Origin: Octopus vulgaris
Lineage: Eukaryota
Direction of reading: 5' to 3'
Assembly (NCBI GenBank): GCA_951406725.2
Contig: OX597817.1
Location: 57,474,001 to 57,538,000, forward strand
Length of the DNA: 64,000 nucleotides
Positions 53,916-64,000 of the stretch are shown piece by piece. The translations under genes and the position numbers were made by a program. Position 1 is the stretch's first letter. Every line of letters starts with the position of its first letter. The notes under the pieces were generated by a model. It saw only the letters and a program-made list of their open reading frames with translations, was not told where the DNA came from and did no database searches.

Positions 53916-55375
53916 TACTATCATATGTATCATTTATTTATTTTAATAATGACAAAAATTCATTTAATTGTATTTAATATCCTTTGAAGTTGTAACCCTG
54001 CCAGACAAACATGTCCAAGCAGCTGCACAGTGGGCCCTTATTCTCTTCTCCCTATTCCTAACATAATTATAAAGACAGAGAGCTGTCTTTATAATTCCAG
54101 TTTCCAGAACTTGTTACTCTCTTGTAATCTTGTCCCTCCACCACCTCAATATGTTCATAAACTTCAAATAAACTCATTAATTGATCACAAGCGTCCGCAT
54201 ACCAGAGTTCCTCAGTTCCTAATCAAACAGACCTGCTAGTCTATTGTGAGCTCTTCACTTCCCCTATGTCCCTACCTCCACTTTGAGTCTAGCAGCATGA
54301 TGGATAGACATGAGCTATAATGAAGGCAACCAAACTAGAAAAGCACTAACTCTATTGAAGACAACCTGTCGAGGACAGCAGTAACTCTGAAAATCTCTGC
54401 TTGAGAAAGACACAGACCTTCTAAGCTACACTGAAGCCTACCCAGCTGGAAGAGCAGTCATCATCATCGTTTAATGTCCACCTTCCATGCTAGCATGGGT
54501 TGGACGATTTTGACTGAGGGCTCGAGAACCAGATGCCTGCACCAGGCTCCAATCTTGATTTGGCAGAGTTTCCACAGCTGGATGCCCTTCCTAACACCAA
54601 CCACTCTGAGAGTGTAGTGGGTGCTTTTTACGTGCCACTGGCACGGGGACCAGTCAGGCGGTACTGGCAATGACCTCGCTCAAATCTTTTTACACATGCC
54701 ACCGGCACAGGTGCCAGTGAGGCGACGTTGGTAATGATCACTGGGAAACATTACACACAGGAAAGTACCTCTGCAAGTTGCAGTGAAGGCAACCCATCAT
54801 AGGAAGAAGGAACTGTGAATAAAAAGCTGCAGAGAGAAGGTGTAGAAAAGCAAAGTAGTAACATTGAATAAACCTGACAAAGAGGAGAGGAGAAATTTTA
54901 ATCCTGACAGACAACTTCTCAATTGGTGGTGGCATAATGAGATACACCTGGTCCATGTTGTAAAGTTAGTGGCAATAGAGAGGGCATCCAGGCAACAGAA
55001 CTATGTCAAAATCTTGACAGTCACAAAAACAAGGAAAAAATATTAAATGCATATGTAGAAGAATTGTACAATGTAGGAGCTGCACAAAGTGGGGTCTAAA
55101 TCAATTCCTCACAGAATGAATAAAGGGGCAGATTAAATGAGATTTTGCAGTATTTAGGTAGATCCCTCTCAAGACTAGGTTCAAATTCTGTTATGGTTAA
55201 GCGTATTTGAGGACCTTCTGGGCTTGATGAAACAAGTACCAGGGAATTACTAAGGCAGACCTAATTAAGTACCCTCTTCATCCCCATTCCCACCTCCATA
55301 ATTAAAAAACACAAAAACAAAAAAAACATGCAGAACAGATGAGGTGACAATATCAAAGAAATGCTGGCACCTTAC

Positions 55376-55553
55376 CTAAACTCTGAGTATCACAGTCATA
55401 GAATTCATCGTCGTCTGTGTCGTAGAAGCGAGAAGGATATTGGTTGGCATTGAAGCTACACTCCAGTTCATGGTGTTCTGTTGCTAAAGCATGCAGTGCT
55501 TCCTCAAGGACTCGGGATTTCTCTTTCTCTTCCTTCAGCTGGGCCTCGACCAC
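55376..55553 (-). CDS. OSBPL1A: ORP1L/OSBPL1A-like exon with coiled-coil end and FFAT motif
   Basis: Acceptor tcccccCAG, donor AG|GTAAGG; 178 nt, phase 0 to 1; VVEAQLKEEKEKSRVLEEALHALATEHHELECSF...DDDEFYDCD. The LATEHHELE...EFYD signature matches ORP1L. Confidence 0.92.
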
Positions 55554-55927
55554 CTGGGGGGAATCGTAATTAAGACAATGGTGAGAATGACATGGAATAT
55601 GGGTTACCACATCTGCGACTCTTTCACTCTATCTCTTCCAACACTCTTCTTTCATTCCAACTGTTCATCCTGTTCACTTATAAACCAATTCCTCTCACAC
55701 AGCAAGGAATCTTGTATTCTTTTATTCTTTTACTTGTTTCAGTCATTTGACTGCGGCCATGCTGGAGCACCACCTTTAGTCGAGCGAATCAACCCCAGGA
55801 AGGACTTGTTCTTTGTAAGCCTAGTACTTATTCTATCAGTCTCTTTTGCTGAACCTCTAAGTCATGGGAACATAAAGACACCAACATCAGCTGTCAAGTG
55901 ATGGTGGGGTGGGGTGGATAAACACAG

Positions 55928-55960
<33 letters not shown>

Positions 55961-55961
<1 letters not shown>

Positions 55962-56278
55962 CTTTATATATAAAAGTAAGGTTGTGTGTCTGTCTCCTAC
56001 GAGCCCTTCTGGGTATTAGCGTGCGTCTACGATGAGTCTACAATTTAAAAAAAAAATTTACCATCATTTTTTCCATTTTAATGCAGTTTTTTCGCTATTA
56101 AATAAGGGAAGTAACTCTCTAAAAATGTCTACGATGAGTCAACGATTTAAAAAAATTTACCATCATTTTTTTCCCATTTTTAATGCATTTTTTTGCTAAT
56201 TTTTGGCTATAACTCTCTAAAAATGCTTATATAGTTATTTCCCTTACAAACCCAAGCAATGCCGGGCGATACTGCTAG
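55961..56278 (+). mobile_element. Non-autonomous Helitron, copy 1
   Basis: A|TC start, CCCAAGCAATGCCGGG hairpin remnant, CTAG|T end. Confidence 0.8.
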
Positions 56279-56292
56279 TATATATATATATA

Positions 56293-56586
56293 TCTTTATA
56301 TATAAAAGTAAGGTTGTGTGTCTGTCTCCTACGATATAGATTACTAACTACTCCCACATTTTGCGGTGCAGTTTAACCAAAACTGGGTATCTTATAGTCG
56401 TGATTCATATCGAGCCCTTCTGGGTATTAGCACGCATCTACGATGAGTCCACGATTTTTAAAAAATTTACCATCATTTTTTTCCCATTTTTAATGCATCA
56501 TTTTGCTAATTTTTGGCTATAACTCTCTAAAAATGCTTATATAGTCATTTCCCTTACAAACCCGAGCAATGTGGGCAATACTGCTA

Positions 56587-56587
<1 letters not shown>
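56293..56587 (+). mobile_element. Non-autonomous Helitron, copy 2
   Basis: A|TC start, CTAG|T end, same termini as copy 1. Confidence 0.8.
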
Positions 56588-56633
<46 letters not shown>

Positions 56634-56829
56634 CGACAGGCTTCTTTCAGTTTCTGTCTACCAAATCCACTCACAAAGCTTTGGTTGGCCCGAAGCTATA
56701 GTAGAAGACGCATGACAGGGATAGCTGCAACGGAAACTATGAAGCTGTGGCCAGCAGGAAGGGATTGTGTCTGCATACCACAATTCATATCTGTAACTGT
56801 GAACTGGGCCTTAGGCTCAATTCAGATGA

Positions 56830-57303
56830 CTATGTGGAGCTGCTGGAGACTGAATGTCTTCAGGCACAACCTGCCTGATAAGAAAATCAGACACTTCCAT
56901 GTCCCTGGTGATGGATCTGATTGACTTGGAGGGATCATTGTCAATCATGGCTTGGATCTCACCAACAAATTCAGGAGTTCTTTTCTTACCAGAATGATCA
57001 GAGTGAGTTTTCCGAGCTGCTGTACCTCCGTAATCACCAGTAGTCTCATCCAATTCTTTCTGAATCCTTTGCACTATCTTCAAATTGACACCCAAACACT
57101 CTGAAATGTTCGTATTGGAGCTTCTGGTGCAAATGCCAAGCAGTACAGCATGTCATTTCCAAATTGCATCATAGTGCTGTTTTTCTCACAGACAGTGCCC
57201 AACTGACCCTACTATACTGTGTAGCCAACAAAATCAAAAACAAACAATGTGCATGCATGAAATTAAAAATAAAAAATAGTGACAATTTACCCACTGCACT
57301 CTG
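56830..57303 (-). mobile_element. Tc1/maT-like transposon 5' remnant
   Basis: TA|CAGAGTGCAGTGGGTAAATTGTCAC terminus; peptide KKRTPEFVGEIQAMIDNDPSKSIRSITRDMEVS (HTH region). Confidence 0.7.
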
Positions 57304-57330
57304 TACATATTTACATCAAACTTCACTTAC

Positions 57331-57437
57331 CAGTTCTTGATTTGTCAGTAACTTCATACTGTGGGCCAAGGCTGTGTACATTTCCCGAGAAGTGCCGAGG
57401 AGTTCATGGAATGTTTGGTAGACAGACATCAAAAAGT
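57331..57437 (-). CDS. OSBPL1A: ORP1L/OSBPL1A-like internal coding exon
   Basis: Acceptor tttctttctttcAG, donor CTG|GTAAGT; 107 nt, phase 1 to 0; (D)FLMSVYQTFHELLGTSREMYTALAHSMKLLTNQEL resembles the ORP1L helix SRETCVALTDCLNLFTKQE (recalled, not searched). Confidence 0.88.
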
Positions 57438-57751
57438 CTGAAAGAAAGAAATATTTCATTTACTTCTCTTGTCGTAAAGTTTGGTGGGAAGGAATCGGCA
57501 TGTCCATCCAGGATGGTGAAAACAGAGAGCCCAGAGAGCTGTGGTGGGTGGAGTGTGATGTCAGGGTGGTAGACAGAGAATTTGTGGCAAGTGGAATGGT
57601 CACTGACCCCAGGTGGTAGGGGTCAGTTAGAACTTCCGGGATGGAAATTCATTTGAGTCTGTATGTTGCCTGGTTGAAGTTGGCCTTGATGTTGAGCCTT
57701 TGTGTCAGGATGACTTGGTCAAGCAAATATTCAAGTCATTAGAGAAATACA

Positions 57752-58340
57752 CGAGGCTGAATCAAAAACTGATGCCATTTTCTTTATTTCATGTGAAGCT
57801 TTTGATAAAAATAGCTGAAGATTTTCCCAGCTATAAATGATTATATCATTTACGTTCTGAAATATTTTGTTTCTTACTTTTCAGGTTTTTAGACTGGTAA
57901 AGAAAATTCAAAATGGCTGTCCCCTTAAAGTTACGTCAAAAACAAAGAGCAGTGATTGCATTTCTTGTTGCTGAGGGGGAAACCCCTCTGAACATTCACC
58001 AACGATTACAAAATGTCATTGAGGACAATACTTTAGATTATAGCAATGTATTCAGGTGGGTCCGTCGTCTGAAAGATGAAAAGGTGGGAACTGTGAGTGT
58101 AGCCGATAAACCCCGTTCCTGCCGTCCATCTGCTTCTGTGAATCCTGCCAATAAAGCAAAAGCAGATTCTCTGATCAGAGAAGACAGGCGCTTAACTGTT
58201 GATGAGTTGGCAGAAAACCTTGAAGTGAGCCATGGAAGCGCTTATGACATTGTCGAATCACTTGGCTTTTCACAAGTGTGTGGCCGTTGGGTACCGAAAG
58301 AGCTGACTACCAAACGCAAGACTGACAAGGTCAATCAGTT
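57752..58340 (+). mobile_element. Mariner 5' half with truncated transposase ORF (57913 onward)
   Basis: TIR CGAGGCTGAATCAAAAACTGATGCC (related to the 35248 MITE TIR); QRAVIAFL...PRSCRPS...REDRRLTV...RWVPKELT; no DDD domain. Confidence 0.88.
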
Positions 58341-59048
58341 AGTTGTCATAAGAAAACTCAGAGTTTCAGATGTTGATTCAAGTTTTGCGGCGAATGTGAA
58401 TGTGTTTACAGTTTATGTTTTTGCGTTTGTGTTTTTATTTGTATAAACGTCTATATATCTATGCGAGGAGGATGTTGACTACGTATTTATACGTATGTGT
58501 GTGTGTGTATATTTGTACATATGTATGCATATGCATGGTTTCGTATATCTGTGTATGTATGTGCATGTGTGTATAGAGATATGTACATGAACACAATGAT
58601 GTGTGCATGGGCACGTGTATGTGTGTATGCATGTACACATGTGTGTAGATATATGTGTGGTGTGTGTATATCTATGTACACGTGTATGTGAGTATGTATA
58701 TATATATATATATACACACGTGTGTGTGTGTGTGTACACATACGTGTATGTATATGTGTGTACATGTGTGTATATGCAGTTTCTATGAATGAAGTTTTAC
58801 TTTCGCCACACCTACTGGAGTAACTTCCCTTTATTCAACAGTTTTTCATAGCATTTTTGTCTTAATAACTGATGAGATGCCGGAGCAGTTTTCAGCCCAT
58901 ACATTCGAAACTCTGAGTTTTATTATGGCAACTAACTGATTGTTCTATATATATATATACACACATATATATATATCATGCAAGCGTGGAATGGTGGATG
59001 CTAAATAAGGATGATAGCTGTAGTTGTTGTTGTTGTTGAAGTACTTAC

Positions 59049-59148
59049 CAGTTTTGTGAGTTGGTGATTGGTCTTTTATATCTTTGGAGAGTTGTGTTGT
59101 TACAGATGAAAGGAGTTGCTCCAGAACTTCTTGATGAGCATGGACAGA
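59049..59148 (-). CDS. OSBPL1A: ORP1L/OSBPL1A-like gene, internal coding exon (coiled-coil region after the PH domain)
   Basis: Acceptor tctctccaacAG, donor G|GTAAGTAC; 100 nt, phase 0 in and phase 1 out; SVHAHQEVLEQLLSSVTTQLSKDIKDQSPTHKT; frame joins the next exon. Confidence 0.8.
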
Positions 59149-59223
59149 CTGTTGGAGAGACGAAAAAAGAGAGATGTTAGACAGCTGATATAATAAAAAT
59201 AATTATCATCATTATTATCATAT

Positions 59224-59770
59224 TGTTTTTGCACAGCTTCTAACACTGGAGATGCATTACAGTATCAGCTGTTCACTACCAGTGAACTAAGGTAACATCT
59301 CTTATTTTTTTAGCAATTCCAGAGTATTTGAGTGGTTCCAAGCAGTGCTGTTTTCTGCAAGTGCTCCACCCTTATTGTAGCCCCTATTTGTTCCTTGTAC
59401 TTCTCGAGGTTTTTGCTCACTGTTTCCAGGGCTCCGACAATTATTGGTACTACTACCACCTTTTTCAGCGACCACAACTGCTTAACTTCCCAAGCTAACC
59501 TGTCATATCTATCGACTTTTCTTTCTTCCTTATTGCATACCTTGTTGTCAGCTGGGCATGCTATATCTATGATCCAGCATAGTTTGTTTTCTTTCTCAAT
59601 TAAGAATATGTCTGGCTTCCTATTCTCTATCTCATGGTCGCACTGAGTCATAAAATCTCACAGGATCTTTGCAATATCATTTTCGATGATGCCTTTGGGT
59701 TTATGTTCATACCACATTTTGCTCTGTCAAGTCCATGTTGCAAAGTGTCCAATGGACAATCCTTGCTCTA
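59224..59770 (-). mobile_element. R4/Dong-like LINE 3' fragment with restriction-like endonuclease domain
   Basis: RKPDIFLIEK...IIDIACP...KVDRY..LAWEVKQLW...VPIIVGAL...LQKTALLGT; (TAA)n-like tracts on both sides. Confidence 0.88.
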
Positions 59771-59789
59771 TCATTATTAATATTAATTA

Positions 59790-59823
<34 letters not shown>

Positions 59824-59869
59824 CATTATCCTCATAACTATTATTATTAGTATCATTATTATTATATAT

Positions 59870-60212
59870 GAAGGCACATGGCTCAGTGGTTAGATCGTCA
59901 GGCTCACAATCACGAGGTAGTGAGTTTGAATCCCGGACCGGGCTGTGTGTTGTGTTCTTGAGCAAGACACTTTATTTCACGTTGCTGCAGTTCCCTCAGC
60001 TGTAGAAATGAGTTGCAACGTCACAGGTGCCAAGCTGTGTCGGCCCCTTTGCCTTTACCTTGGATGACATTGGTGGTGTGGAGAGGGGAGGCTGGTATGC
60101 ATGGGTGACTGCTGGTCTTCCATAAAAAACAACCTTGCCTAGACTTGTGCCTTGGAAGGGAACTTTCTAAGTGCAATCCCAATGGTCATTCATGACCAAA
60201 GGGGGTCTCTTT
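59870..60212 (+). mobile_element. tRNA-derived CORE-like SINE family D; other copies ~4180-4480, 38865-39420 (nested family B insert), 49398-49735
   Basis: TGGCTCAGTGGTTAG A box, GTTTGAATCCC B box, then TTGTGTTCTTGAGCAAGACACTTTATTTCAC. Confidence 0.8.
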
Positions 60213-61279
60213 ACCTATTATTATCGTTCAGTCCACCACAACTACAACCACAACAATAGCAGTAGCATCGATATTGATGTAGCAATATTCATTTCCCATT
60301 TATTTCCATGACCAACATTACTGACAACTCGAAAAGGGGACAACACGAAACAGCAGTATCACCATGGTTACTACATCATCACCACCGCCACCGACACCGC
60401 CACCACCACCACTATCACCGTCGCTGCTGCTGCCGCCACAGCAAACAATTTTAAGACATGGTGAACACACACACACACACACCATCATCATCATCATCAT
60501 TGCCTAATGTCCATTTCCCATGCTTGCATGGATTTGACAGTTTGTAAACCAGAGAGCTACATCCAAGTGCCATTCGTCTGTTTTGGCTTGGTTTCTACAG
60601 CTGGATGCCCTTCCTAATGCCAACCACTTCATAGAATGTTCTGGGTGCCTTTTATGCATCACTGGCACAGGTATCCTTTATGTGTCACCAGCATGAGTGT
60701 CATTCACGCGTCGCCAACACTGGCCATGACCACGATTACACCAAGCTTGCTATGTCATCTCAAGCACAGTAAGTGACCAGAAGACCCGATCACTTGTCAT
60801 AACCTTCATCAAGTTCAACATCTGTAGATCCTGTTTCACCACCTCATCCCCCACATTCCAAAGCTGGAACTGCTAGCATCCATTTTCCCTCGTTATGGAT
60901 TACTCTCTAACCATTCTCTCTGATCATAGAGTTACCCAAGGTATAACCGATCTCACTGGTTCTAACTGGATTTATTTCAATCTCTCCTCACTCTCTGAAT
61001 ATAAAAAAACCATACATATACACACATACATGTGTGTGTGTGTGTTTACACATATACATACATACATGCCAGTGTGGAAAACAAACATTAAATGATGATG
61101 ATCATCATGATGATGTTCATCATCGTTTGATGTTCATTTTCCATGCTAGCATGAGTTGAACGGTTTGACCGGGGCCTGGGAAGCCAGGAGGCTGCACCAG
61201 GCTCCAGTCTGATCTGGCAGTGTTTCTACAGCTGGATGCCCTTCCTAACGCCAACCACTCCGTGAGTGTAGTGAGTGCT

Positions 61280-61845
<566 letters not shown>

Positions 61846-62242
61846 GTGTGTGCTTACACACACACCATTTTCTCTTAAACGAGGATTTAGCTTTTGTTTG
61901 TAAAGAGAAAAACTAAAAACAACAATAACAGTAACGACCAGAACAACAACAACAACAAGAACAACATCAACAATAACAATTATAGAGGGGACTTTCTGGA
62001 ATATGAAGATAGATTCTACAGAATTTTTGGTCGGTTAGAAATAGAAGAAATGTAAATACATAAAGCATTTGGAAACTTACAGAAGTCTGGAGGAAACTCA
62101 AATAAATAGTTATTGGGTTTAGAAAACAATAAACAACAACAACAAATAATTAAACAAAACATTTAAGGACGCATAGCATGTGTGTGTGTATGTGTGATCA
62201 AAACCTGAAAACACAAACCTTTCACCTGAAGATAAGAACAAG

Positions 62243-62275
<33 letters not shown>

Positions 62276-64000
62276 GGGAGTGGTGACGGCTGTAGTGGGA
62301 GTGGTGACGTGGACTGTGGTAGTGGTAGTGGTGGTGAAGTTAGTAATGGTGATGATGATGATGATGATGATGATGATAATGGTAGTGACATTTATTGACA
62401 ACAGTTGTGATGTTATGACCGTCACGATGACGATGATAACGGCAGTGGTAGTGATAGTGGTGATGGTGTTGGTGACCGTAATGATGATGTTAATGTTGTA
62501 GTTGGTGGTGCCTATGATGATGATGATGATGATGACGACAGTGACAATCACAAAGATAAAGTGATTTACTGTAGGGAAAACCTATATAAACGATTGAACT
62601 CGTTATCTCGGCAGAGAACAGGTGACTAAAAGTTATGTTCAATGTTGAGAAGTGGGGGGCAGAGGTGGTGTGGGATTCGCTCACCTCATTATTTTGTCTT
62701 TCGACTTGTTAGTCATTGGACTGTGGCCACACTGGGACCCAGTATTATTCATCTTTTGTTTTTTTAAAGTCTGGTATTGTTGTGGGGGTAATAATAATAA
62801 TGGAAGCCCCCCTCCCACGTGATGAGTGGTCAGTTATAAATAAGGCGACATTGGTCAGTATAAGGAGAAAGGATGAAGTAAATGGTCATAGACAGTTTTG
62901 TCTTTACTAGTCTTACTAACTATACTTCTATACCCAAGTGGACGTTATAACAATCCGACATTAATGAAGGTGGCGAGCTGGCAGAATCGTTAGCATGCCA
63001 GGCGAAATGCTTAGTGGTATTTCGTCTGCCGCTACATTCTGAGTTCAAATTCTGCCGAGGTCAACTTTGCCTTTCATCCTTTTGGGGTCGATAAATAAAT
63101 GTACCAGTTACGCACTAGGGTCGATGTAATCAACTTAATCCCTTGTCTGTCCTTATTTGTCACCTCTATGTTTAGCCCCTTGAGGGTAGTAAAGAAATAT
63201 ATAACAATCCAACATTAAGGATTACAACAGGTATTTATTCTGTTAATCCCTTTTGTGAAACTGCAAAGTTACCAGGACATAAACAAAGCAACACTGGCCA
63301 TCAAGTGGAGGTGTAGAATAAACTCACACAGACACACATATGTATGCTGGTGCCACATAAAAAAGTACCGGTGCTGGTGCCACCTTTAGAGCAAGTAAAG
63401 TGGTTGGCATTAGGAAGGGCATCCAGCTTTAGAAACCAAACCAAATCAGAATGGAGCCTGGTGCTAAATGAAGATGAGAATGATACACACATGTACGTAC
63501 GCGAAAGATAAAAGAAGATTACTGTCCCTCCATACAAATGAATAACATCATTGTTTCCAATCTGCAGCAAAAACATATCCAGCCATTGAGCTGTTCGCTG
63601 TTGAAAGGATTAAGTGGAATATCACCTTACATACTTGCAACCAACACCAGACAGGTTGTCTCATTCATAAATCACTGTAAATAATATTTAGTCATAGACT
63701 AATAAAAGGCGGTGAGCTGGCAGAATTGTTAGCACGCCGGGCGAAATGCTTGGTGGTATTTCGTCTGCTGTTATGTTCTGAATTCAAATTCTGCTGAGGT
63801 CAACTTTACCTTTCATCCTTTCGGTGGTGGTGGGGGGGGCGATTAAATAAGTACCAGTTATGCACTGGAGTCAATGTAATCGACTTAATCCCTTTGTCTG
63901 TCCTTGTTTGTCCCCTCTATGTTTAGCGCCCCCTGTGGGCAATAAAGAAATAAAAATATTGTCTTTCCTTCACTACGTTAGATATGGTTATAGCTGCCTT

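Noticed and set aside
59870-59945. tRNA genes
   Set aside because: All tRNA-like A/B box sequences continue into SINE bodies and lack a full cloverleaf.
62660-62720. Minus-strand donor GAG|GTGAGC as an upstream gene exon
   Set aside because: The adjacent sequence is a SINE tail with no ORP-like peptide.

Overview
AT-rich, repeat-saturated metazoan genomic DNA. The SINE families, (TA)n/(CAT)n/(TAA)n microsatellite load and very long introns resemble Octopus (inference). The window appears to lie inside one minus-strand gene, an OSBPL1A/ORP1L-like oxysterol-binding-protein-related gene. Four consecutive, phase-compatible coding exons (59049-59148, 57331-57437, 55376-55553, 50392-50566) encode the post-PH coiled-coil, the FFAT motif and the linker up to the start of the lipid-binding ORD. 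I found no ANK/PH or ORD exons, so they presumably lie outside the window, which makes the next intron over 50 kb. That intron holds at least one convincing alternative first exon (17875-18170) that, like the constitutive exon, ends in YKY-R at a phase-2 donor, plus several weaker candidates. The rest is SINEs, R4/Dong, RTE and CR1 LINE remnants, mariner/Tc1 remnants and MITEs, Helitron/Helentron non-autonomous elements and microsatellites. Most notable: minimal hammerhead-ribozyme motifs in small repeats (one inside a tRNA-headed SINE-like element, and a five-copy family with a CUGU-N-GA core variant), and many long fold-back structures in the pre-mRNA. Almost all ORFs in the supplied track are microsatellite or repeat artefacts. 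Repeat boundaries were read by eye and are approximate.
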